In this document: positions 1 to 6,720 of the stretch, piece after piece
Numbering within the stretch: the stretch's first letter is position 1
How the letters are laid out: each line of letters starts with the position of its first letter
Assembly: GCA_046758705.1 (NCBI GenBank)
Contig: JBHIAT010000066.1
Coordinates: 1 to 17,652 of the forward strand
Length of the DNA: 17,652 nt
Direction: 5' to 3'
Source of the DNA: Candidatus Bipolaricaulia bacterium
GTDB lineage: Bacteria > Bipolaricaulota > Bipolaricaulia > JBHIAT01
Made by a program: the position numbers and the translations under genes
Notes under the pieces: generated by a model
What the model was told of the DNA's origin: nothing
Seen by the model: only the letters and a program-made list of their open reading frames with translations
Databases searched by the model: none

Positions 1-1
1 T

Positions 2-235
2 GAATTTGACTTGGCTACGATGAAGCAATTACGGCACTGGCTTTATGGGAAGATTCTCTGGGAATGGCAGAGGCAAAAGATTGCCCCACGCTTTGAAAGG
101 AACGACATTCGTTTCATTTCTATTGGCCGCAAACACCGCGCTCATCAGCTCGCCTACGGTATCTTCACCGGACAGATAAAGCCCAAGGAGGATATCCGGG
201 TAAAGCGCCGGGTAATGCTCTCTTTACTGAAATGA
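2..235 (+). CDS. 3' part of an uncharacterised protein, paralog of 522..962 (possibly DUF3800/RNase H-like); begins before the window
   Basis: Frame is open from position 2 (EFDLATMKQL...). C-terminus IRFISIGRKHRAHQLAYGIFTGQIKP...LLK aligns by eye with IEFVSLGKGSSAHKIAWRTFRKELKP...LLK of 522..962. Confidence 0.75.
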   Translation, partial: EFDLATMKQLRHWLYGKILWEWQRQKIAPRFERNDIRFISIGRKHRAHQLAYGIFTGQIKPKEDIRVKRRVMLSLLK

Positions 236-355
236 AAAGCGACCGGGGGTCCTGGCGGCTCGCCTGCCTGCGCAGGGTCAACGCCGTGACAGTGACGAGC
301 GCGACGCTACACCCAGGACGAAACCTGAAGGATTCACGCCGCCACCCGGTCGTCT
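236..355 (-). ncRNA. Candidate structured ncRNA 1, convergent to the upstream gene
   Basis: Closing stem CGACCGGG(240-247)/CCCGGTCG(345-352); TGGCGGC(253-259)/GCCGCCA(338-344) or the alternative GTCCTGG(249-255)/CCAGGAC(313-319); GCTCG/CGAGC; minus-strand promoter at 362-389. Confidence 0.55.
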
Positions 356-361
356 ATTATC

Positions 362-389
362 AGTATAGCGGTATACTAAATTTTGTCAA
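362..389 (-). promoter_or_regulatory. Sigma70-type promoter TTGACA-N16-TATACT driving candidate ncRNA 1
   Basis: Plus strand reads agtata(362-367)...tgtcaa(384-389). Confidence 0.65.
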
Positions 390-395
390 GCCCCT

Positions 396-440
396 GAGGT
401 AAACTATCACTATGAAGAACGAACAATGTCCCATCTGCGG
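396..440 (+). repeat. 45-bp cassette-boundary repeat, copy 1 (SD plus 5' end of a YgiT-type zinc-finger gene)
   Basis: gaggtaaactatcactatgaagaacgaacaatgtcccatctgcgg; 44/45 identical to 1113-1157. Confidence 0.9.
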
Positions 441-483
441 AGGGAATCTAAAAGAGGAGCTTGTCAACCACCACCCCAAATGG
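412..483 (+). pseudogene. 5' fragment of a YgiT/MqsA-type zinc-finger protein gene
   Basis: Translates as MKNEQCPICGGNLKEELVNHHPKW with a GAGGT SD; only the first CxxC is present. The frame then runs into promoter sequence and stops at 555. Confidence 0.55.
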
Positions 484-484
484 A

Positions 485-513
485 TTGACGACCTCTCACC
501 CTTCCTCTACCCT
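485..513 (+). promoter_or_regulatory. Putative promoter TTGACG-N17-TACCCT giving a (near-)leaderless transcript of 522..962
   Basis: The -10 box ends 8 nt before ATG 522; upstream sequence is pyrimidine-rich with no SD. Confidence 0.4.
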
Positions 514-521
514 ATCCTTAT

Positions 522-962
522 ATGCGCATCGAAATTGACACCGGCAGTCGATTAGACCAAAGCGGAGATACCACCTTTAGCTTTTCTAACAACATCCAAA
601 TGACAATTCTCTTAAGGCAGACGGTCAGAGATACATGCCTTGGGAGATTAAAAGGCAGGAAGTTGAAAAAAGAGCTGAGGCTCTTTGCTGTGTGCATCTA
701 TCTTTTAATCAAAGATCACCTGAGCGAACTGCAGGAGGTACGAATTGATAGAGAGTACCCAGGGCATGAAGAAGAAATTAAGTGGATCCTCCTCAACATG
801 ATGAAGAGTCATCCACCACATCCTGGACAGCTCAACATTGAGTTTGTATCACTTGGCAAAGGGAGCTCTGCTCATAAGATAGCGTGGAGAACATTTCGGA
901 AGGAGCTTAAACCTAACAAGATACTGACCGCACAAGAAGTTCTTTCTGCACTACTCAAATAA
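522..962 (+). CDS. Uncharacterised 146-aa protein, possibly DUF3800-like/RNase H-fold
   Basis: Clean ORF. N-terminal beta strand ending in Asp (MRIEIDTG), a second acidic strand motif (VRIDREYPG) and C-terminal SxGKxxxAHxxA shared with the paralog at 2..235. The family assignment is inference. Confidence 0.8.
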   Translation: MRIEIDTGSRLDQSGDTTFSFSNNIQMTILLRQTVRDTCLGRLKGRKLKKELRLFAVCIYLLIKDHLSELQEVRIDREYPGHEEEIKWILLNMMKSHPPHPGQLNIEFVSLGKGSSAHKIAWRTFRKELKPNKILTAQEVLSALLK

Positions 963-964
963 AA

Positions 965-1067
965 TGAAAAAAGCTGGGGGCTTGGCCGGTTTTACGGTCG
1001 CGAACCCACAGCTTCACCTTATCGAGCTTACGCCTTTGGGGATCCACTATGGCACCCAGCCTTTTCA
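965..1067 (-). ncRNA. Candidate structured ncRNA 2, convergent to 522..962
   Basis: Closing stem TGAAAA(965-970)/TTTTCA(1062-1067) and GCTGGG(973-978)/CCCAGC(1055-1060). The plus-strand A-run gives a U-rich 3' end on the minus strand. Consensus promoter at 1074-1101. Confidence 0.55.
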
Positions 1068-1073
1068 CTTAAC

Positions 1074-1101
1074 ATTATAGCAGGTAGAGTTACCTTGTCA
1101 A
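1074..1101 (-). promoter_or_regulatory. Consensus sigma70 promoter TTGACA-N16-TATAAT with extended -10 (TGc) driving candidate ncRNA 2
   Basis: Plus strand reads attata(1074-1079)...tgtcaa(1096-1101). Confidence 0.7.
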
Positions 1102-1112
1102 GTATCGAGGAA

Positions 1113-1157
1113 GAGGTAAACTATTACTATGAAGAACGAACAATGTCCCATCTGCGG
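1113..1157 (+). repeat. 45-bp cassette-boundary repeat, copy 2 (encodes MKNEQCPICG*, 1129-1161)
   Basis: One mismatch versus 396-440. Confidence 0.9.
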
Positions 1158-1170
1158 GTAGTTAAAACCC

Positions 1171-1199
1171 TTTACACAACGTCTTTTTGTCGCTATATT
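1171..1199 (+). promoter_or_regulatory. Putative promoter TTTACA-N17-TATATT for the hicB cassette
   Basis: Near-consensus hexamers with 17-bp spacing, just after repeat copy 2. Confidence 0.45.
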
Positions 1200-1246
1200 A
1201 GACTTGTATGAACGAAGAGAAATACATCCCTGTAGGAGGGGCTAAA

Positions 1247-1441
1247 GTGAAATCCTATGTCTTTAAAGTGGTCTTAGAGCCAGATGAAGATGTATGGGCA
1301 GCTTATATTCCTGCCTTAGTGGAAAAGGGTGCCTCTACTTGGGGCCACACCAAGGAGGAAGCCTTAAAGAATATTCAAGAGGTTGTCCAGCTGGTTATTG
1401 AGAGTATGACCGAACACGGTGAGCCTATCCCCGAAGGATGA
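1247..1441 (+). CDS. hicB: Type II toxin-antitoxin HicB-family antitoxin, no cognate HicA in the window (alternative start ATG 1208)
   Basis: Pattern FKVVLEPDEDVWAAYIPAL...GASTWGHTKEEALKNIQEVVQLVIE...GEPIP; SD AGGAGG at 1234-1239 before GTG 1247. Confidence 0.85.
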   Translation: MKSYVFKVVLEPDEDVWAAYIPALVEKGASTWGHTKEEALKNIQEVVQLVIESMTEHGEPIPEG

Positions 1442-1500
1442 TTGAGGACCAGACCAAGTGGACTGAAGAAGACCTGAGAAGGTTAAAGTTGTTGAAGTGA

Positions 1501-1532
1501 TATCACTATGAAGAACGAACAATGCCCTATCT
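1501..1532 (+). repeat. Cassette-boundary repeat, copy 3 (partial; encodes MKNEQCPIL*, 1508-1537)
   Basis: tatcactatgaagaacgaacaatgccctatct; the two differences from copy 1 (TGT>TGC, CCC>CCT) are synonymous. Confidence 0.85.
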
Positions 1533-1533
1533 T

Positions 1534-2520
1534 ATGAAGTACGCAGTGATCGGTTGCCCGTTTGAAAATGGGATACGCTCTATGCTTCGATTCGAACGCG
1601 GGGTCACCGGTGCTGCAGATGGCCCTAAGGCGATCTTTAGCACATTTCAAGAATTATTTAACGAGAAATACAAAGATGTTGCAGAATGGGTGATGCTTTC
1701 GCTAGAAAAGTACAATCTTGAAGTGGATGCGAAAAATATCAATAACTCTCAGCTTAAAAAAGCCCAAAAGATGAGCACACTTAGTGCCCACCATGAGATC
1801 GCCGCAAAAACGGAGGCGCTATGCGCAGATGGTTACACCCTCATCGGCGTTGGAGGCGACCATTCCATCACCTACCCCCTGTGTAAAGGGATCTATGGGT
1901 CCAAGTCCGGCAGGAAGTTTGGCATCATCTATATAGATGCGCACCTCGATATGCGACCGCTTGAGCCCGATGAGGATGTGGACGGGGTGATCAGCAGCGG
2001 CAACGCATTTTGGAGATTGCTCGAAGATCCCAAGCTCGAAATCAGCGGCGAGAATGTCGTGGCCATTGGGATCCATGACTCGAGATCTGAGGTTTTCAAC
2101 AGACTCAAGAGCTATGCAGAAGCTCAGAGCGTCACCATCATCTATGACCATCAAGTCACCGATACCGAGATCGATAGGATCGTGGAAGTCGTCTTAAAGA
2201 CCGCGGGAGATGGGACGGATTACATCTACTTCAGTATGGATATGGATGCGGTGAGCTCAGCGTTCGCTCCCGGCGTGAGTGCCCCAGCGGAGAGCGGGAT
2301 CACCGACAAACAGCTCTATAAGCTGGTTTCAGGGATCTCAAGCGAGCCAAAGGTTATCGGTTTCGATGTCGTCGAGATCTCGTCCCGAAGGCTGGCTTGG
2401 TTCGAAGTCGTCAAAAACGAGAGGCGAGTCGAATCCTACCGCGAGAAAATGGAGAAATTGGAACAGACCGCAACGGTCGGAGCAAGAGCCATCGATTGTT
2501 TTTTGTCTTCCCGAACTTGA
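1534..2520 (+). CDS. hutG: Arginase/agmatinase-family ureohydrolase, likely formimidoylglutamase (ORF is open from 1522)
   Basis: Motifs GGDHSITY, DAHLD, SMDMDA, PGVSAP, GFDVVE; adjacent to hutI and hutH. Confidence 0.8.
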   Translation: MKYAVIGCPFENGIRSMLRFERGVTGAADGPKAIFSTFQELFNEKYKDVAEWVMLSLEKYNLEVDAKNINNSQLKKAQKMSTLSAHHEIAAKTEALCADGYTLIGVGGDHSITYPLCKGIYGSKSGRKFGIIYIDAHLDMRPLEPDEDVDGVISSGNAFWRLLEDPKLEISGENVVAIGIHDSRSEVFNRLKSYAEAQSVTIIYDHQVTDTEIDRIVEVVLKTAGDGTDYIYFSMDMDAVSSAFAPGVSAPAESGITDKQLYKLVSGISSEPKVIGFDVVEISSRRLAWFEVVKNERRVESYREKMEKLEQTATVGARAIDCFLSSRT

Positions 2521-2522
2521 CC

Positions 2523-3746
2523 TCAACTTGAGGTCTCAGCCTGCTTCTCGTAGACGACCTGGCCGGCGGCAACCACGGCGGTTACGCGATCGTGGCCGAT
2601 GAAGTAGGGGATCTGCCGATAGTTGTCCAGATCCAGCACCACGAGGTCCGCCCGTTTGCCGGGCTCCAGGCTGCCAAGCTGTTCAGCTCGCGCCAGGGCG
2701 GCCGCGGCGTTGAGCGTGGCGGCGGTGAGTGCCTCTTCAATCGTCATGCGCATCTTCATCACCGCGAGCGCGATGATAAGGAGCATGGAATGGATCAAGC
2801 ACGTCCCGGGGTTGAAGTCCGTGCTAAGCGCCACCGGTAACCCCAGGTCGATCATCTGGCGGGCCGGAGCGTATTTGAGATTCAACGTGAACGCCGTTCC
2901 CGGCAGCAGGACGGGGACCACGTCTGCCTCCAGGAGCTTGTTCATTCCCTGAGGTGAGACGTGGAGCAGGTGATCCGCCGAGACCGCACCCAGCTCGGCC
3001 GCCAACTCCGACCCCCCCGACTTGTGGAGCTCATCTGCATGAATCTTGAGACCCAGGCCCGCCCCTTGAGCCGCTCCCAGTATCTCGCGGCTCTCCGCCG
3101 GATCGAAAAAGCCCTTCTCACAGAAGACGTCGCAGAACTCTGCCAATCCCTCGCTCTGCACCTGCGGGATCATCCGCTTAATGATCTCCTCAAGATAATC
3201 CGCTTTGCTTACTCCATCGGGGATCGCGTGAGCACCGAGGAACGTCGGCACGATCTCCATCGGCAGCTCCCGTCTCAGCCTGTCGATGACCCTGAGGAGC
3301 TTGAGTTCGCTCGGGGTGTCCAGCCCATAGCCACTCTTGACTTCCGCCGTGGTGGTGCCCATGCGGAGCATCTCCCAGAGATAGCGCTTGGACTCGTGAT
3401 AGATCTGCTCCTCAGAGGCCGCGCGGATCTGCTCCACGGTGGTGAGGATCCCCTGTCCGTAGGGGACCCCCTGGCAGCGGGCCAAGAACTCCTCCTCTCG
3501 ACTGCCGACGAAGGCAGCGTGCGTGTGGGGGTCGACTAAACCTGGGATGACCACGCCGCCTCGGGCATCGAGGGTCCGCTCACGGACAGGGCGTGTGAAC
3601 TCGCTCATCGACCCCACGGAGACGATCACGTCCTCGGCGATCTTCACGTAGGCGTCTTGGAGCGTGACGAGCTCGCCCATCGCCGCACCGCCGGTTGCAT
3701 GGCTGCCGCGTGGGGTGACGAGCTGTCCGATATTAATAACCAGCAT
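2523..3746 (-). CDS. hutI: Imidazolonepropionase
   Basis: Motifs PGLVDPHTH, EVKSGYGL, TFLGAHA, DVFCEKGFF, KIHADEL, SADHL, ALSTDFNPG. Confidence 0.95.
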   Translation of the reverse strand: MLVINIGQLVTPRGSHATGGAAMGELVTLQDAYVKIAEDVIVSVGSMSEFTRPVRERTLDARGGVVIPGLVDPHTHAAFVGSREEEFLARCQGVPYGQGILTTVEQIRAASEEQIYHESKRYLWEMLRMGTTTAEVKSGYGLDTPSELKLLRVIDRLRRELPMEIVPTFLGAHAIPDGVSKADYLEEIIKRMIPQVQSEGLAEFCDVFCEKGFFDPAESREILGAAQGAGLGLKIHADELHKSGGSELAAELGAVSADHLLHVSPQGMNKLLEADVVPVLLPGTAFTLNLKYAPARQMIDLGLPVALSTDFNPGTCLIHSMLLIIALAVMKMRMTIEEALTAATLNAAAALARAEQLGSLEPGKRADLVVLDLDNYRQIPYFIGHDRVTAVVAAGQVVYEKQAETSS

Positions 3747-3762
3747 AATATATCCAGCCAGT

Positions 3763-5238
3763 TTAGCTGATGACCCCTGCAGTGATCAGCTCCCTGGCCC
3801 GCTGAATCTCTCCCGTCAGGATTCTATCTTCGCCCAAATGGGGAACCTCATTGCGGAATCGCTCGTAGACCTTCTTCGTCGCCGGGGCCATCTTGCGGGT
3901 GTCACGGAAGTCGAGCGCCTGAGCGACGGTCAGAAGCTCGAAACTCAGGATATGTTCGACATTCTCCACGATCTGCAACGCCTTATTCGCTGAAATGGAG
4001 CACAGGCTATTATGGTCCTCCTTCAAACCCGAGGTGGGGATGGAGTCGACCGCCCCAGGATGAGCCAACACTTTATTTTCAGATACCAGAGCCGCAGCGG
4101 TGTATTGGGAGAGCATCAGGCCAGAGTTCAAACCCGGTTCCTCGACCAGGACTTCTGGTAGTCCTGGTGCACTCAAAAGCTGCGCGATTTGCCGCTCAGC
4201 GAGACTCCCGATCTCAGCGGTGGCCTGGGCCAAGAGCTCGAAGGCCAAGGCCAGCGGCTGGCCATGGAAGTTCCCCCCTGAGATGATCTCGCCTGTCTCC
4301 GGGAAGACCAACGGGTTGTCGGTGGCCGAGTTCATCTCGATCTCGATCGTCTCCGTGACGAACTCTAGCGCGTCAAGGGATGCCCCGAGGATCGCGGGAA
4401 CGCAGCGGAGGGAGTAGGGGTCCTGGGTGTCCTCGTTTCGATTGATCAGCTTGCTCTCCTGCAGAAGCTCCCTGATCCGCGTTGCGACCGCGATCTGCCC
4501 GGGATGAGGCCGAACACGCTGCAGCCACTCATTAAAGGGGTCAAGCTTCCCACCGTAGGCCTCCAGGGTGAGGGCCGAGAGGACTTCAGCCCACTCTAAG
4601 AGCTTACGGGCTCGGATAAAGGCGACGAAGCCAACACCAAGCGAGACCTGCGTCCCATTGATCAGCGCTAAACCCTCCTTGGGTTCAAGCTCCAGGGGCT
4701 CCAGTCCAAGCCGTTGGAGAACCGCTCTGCCAGACAAAACCTCCCCATCGAGCTTCGCCTCTCCCTCGCCGATGAGGATCAGGGCCATGTGAGCTAACGG
4801 AGCTAAATCGCCAGACGCCCCGACCGAGCCCTTGGCCGGGATCAGCGGACAGACGTTGTGGTTTAACAGCTCGGCAAGGCAATGGACGACCTGCTTGCGT
4901 ATGCCGGAGTACCCCTTGAGCAGGGAATTCAACCTGAAGAGCAGCGTAGCACGACTGGCTTCATCGGGCAAGGGTTCACCAACCCCAACGGTATGGCTTT
5001 TCAACAGGTTCTCCTGAAGTTGTTTCTGCTGCTCGTAGGGAATCAGGACGTCGCTCAGCTTGCCGAATCCGGTGCTCACCCCGTAGATCTGCTTCCCATC
5101 CTCGATCGCCTGCTTGACTGACTGGTAGGCAGCCTCAACCTGTTTCAAACACGCTTCGGATAGTCTGACCGTCTCTTTGGAGAGAATAATCTTGCTCGCC
5201 TTGTTTATTGTCAAACCTTTTCCATTTAATTTGATCAT
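3763..5238 (-). CDS. hutH: Histidine ammonia-lyase
   Basis: MIO motif GSVGASGDLAPLAH, YGVSTGFG, HAL-type NLLKSH, QDPYSLRC, SGGNFHGQP. Confidence 0.95.
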   Translation of the reverse strand: MIKLNGKGLTINKASKIILSKETVRLSEACLKQVEAAYQSVKQAIEDGKQIYGVSTGFGKLSDVLIPYEQQKQLQENLLKSHTVGVGEPLPDEASRATLLFRLNSLLKGYSGIRKQVVHCLAELLNHNVCPLIPAKGSVGASGDLAPLAHMALILIGEGEAKLDGEVLSGRAVLQRLGLEPLELEPKEGLALINGTQVSLGVGFVAFIRARKLLEWAEVLSALTLEAYGGKLDPFNEWLQRVRPHPGQIAVATRIRELLQESKLINRNEDTQDPYSLRCVPAILGASLDALEFVTETIEIEMNSATDNPLVFPETGEIISGGNFHGQPLALAFELLAQATAEIGSLAERQIAQLLSAPGLPEVLVEEPGLNSGLMLSQYTAAALVSENKVLAHPGAVDSIPTSGLKEDHNSLCSISANKALQIVENVEHILSFELLTVAQALDFRDTRKMAPATKKVYERFRNEVPHLGEDRILTGEIQRARELITAGVIS

Positions 5239-5367
5239 AATCCTGTTGCGCTGTAGTATACTCTATCCTTGATAGGCTCAACAAGGAGAGAAGAGATTGA
5301 GAATTCAGGAAAACATCGGTTAGAATTCTGACGAACTCATGATCGCGTTGGATTGGAGGTGATCCAG

Positions 5368-6708
5368 ATGTCAGATCTACTCATTCAGAACGCCCTCATT
5401 TGGACCAACGACGGCGAACTGATCGACGATGGGTTCGTCATCGTCCGAGACGATCAGATCGCAGAAGTCGGCCGGATGGCGGACGCCCCGGAACCCTCAG
5501 GGTTTGAGGAACAGCTCGACGCTGATGGAAACCTGATCTTGCCCGGCTTCGTCAACACTCACACGCACCTATACAGCTACCTTGCCCGTGGGATGGCCCT
5601 TTCGGGGGTCGAGCCCTACAGCTTCCGGGATATCCTGGAGCAGATCTGGTGGCGGCTCGATAAGGCCCTGGACGAGGAGAGCATTTACTACAGCGCCCTC
5701 GTCGGGGGCTTCGAGATGCTGAGCAACGGCGTCACCACCTTGATTGACCATCACGCCAGCCCCTACGCCATCCCCGGAAGCCTGCGTCAGGTCAAGCGGG
5801 CGATCGTCGATTACCTGGGGATGCGCGCCTGCCTGTGCTACGAGATCTCGGATCGGGACGGCGAGGAACGCGCCGAGCAGGGAATCCGGGAGAACCTGGA
5901 GTACTTCGACCATGTGCGCACCTCCAACGACGACCGGCTGAGCGCCCTCGTCGGGTTGCACGCCTCGTTCACGATCTCTGATGAGACCTTCCAAAAGCTC
6001 AGACAAGCACTGGAAGACCAAGAGGTCGGCTACCATATCCACGGGGCCGAGGGAGTCGAGGACCCGGTTGACGCGACAGCCAGGTACCGGATGCGCACGA
6101 TCGAGCGACTCCACCAATTGGGGATCCTGGGGGAGCGAACGATTGTTGCCCACGGCATCCACCTCAGCGAGCCGGAGAAGGATCTGCTCGCCGAAGCCGA
6201 CGCCATCCTGGTGCACAACCCCCAATCGAATATGAACAACGCCGTCGGCGTCGCCGACATCCTGGGGCTTCTGAACCGAGATGTGCTCGTCGGGCTGGGG
6301 AACGACGGCTTCGGCTCGAACCTGCTTGACGATCTGAAGGCGGCTTACCTCATCCACAAGCTGGCTCGTGAAGACCCCAAGGTTCTCGATATGAGCCAGG
6401 CAAAAAGGATATTCTTTCACAACAACTACGAGATCGTCCGCCGACTGTTCGGGATCGACCTCGGCAAGATCAGGCCCGGGTATCAGGCCGATCTCATCCT
6501 GGTCGACTATACCGCACCCACGCCAATGTACGACGACAACTTCATGGGGCACCTCATCTTCGGCCTGGCCAGCCGATTGAACGTGCGGACGGTCGTGATC
6601 AACGGCCAGGTGGTGATGCGCGACGGTAAGATGCTCGGGGTCGATGTAAACACGGCCTACCAGCAGGCCCGAGAGGTTGCCGAGCGGCTCTGGAAAAGAA
6701 TTGTTTGA
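5368..6708 (+). CDS. ssnA: SsnA-like amidohydrolase (chlorohydrolase/aminohydrolase family)
   Basis: Motifs NTHTHLYS, WWRLDKAL, GVTTLIDHHAS, GLHASFT, HIHGAE, HNPQSNMNNAVG; SD GGAGGT before ATG 5368. Confidence 0.85.
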   Translation: MSDLLIQNALIWTNDGELIDDGFVIVRDDQIAEVGRMADAPEPSGFEEQLDADGNLILPGFVNTHTHLYSYLARGMALSGVEPYSFRDILEQIWWRLDKALDEESIYYSALVGGFEMLSNGVTTLIDHHASPYAIPGSLRQVKRAIVDYLGMRACLCYEISDRDGEERAEQGIRENLEYFDHVRTSNDDRLSALVGLHASFTISDETFQKLRQALEDQEVGYHIHGAEGVEDPVDATARYRMRTIERLHQLGILGERTIVAHGIHLSEPEKDLLAEADAILVHNPQSNMNNAVGVADILGLLNRDVLVGLGNDGFGSNLLDDLKAAYLIHKLAREDPKVLDMSQAKRIFFHNNYEIVRRLFGIDLGKIRPGYQADLILVDYTAPTPMYDDNFMGHLIFGLASRLNVRTVVINGQVVMRDGKMLGVDVNTAYQQAREVAERLWKRIV

Positions 6709-6720
6709 TACAACAATCTG

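Noticed and set aside
240-352. The elements after the two paralogs as ordinary plus-strand terminators or tRNAs
   Set aside because: The stems enclose about 75-100 nt rather than a short loop, there are no tRNA T/D-loop motifs, and both are paired with reverse promoters.
396-1532. The three repeats as a CRISPR array or integron attC sites
   Set aside because: Spacing is hundreds of bp and irregular, the repeat is non-palindromic coding sequence, and no cas or integrase gene is in the window.
5250-5266. HutC operator upstream of hutH
   Set aside because: TGTAGTATAC does not match the TGTA-N2-TACA palindrome, and no hutC is present in the window.
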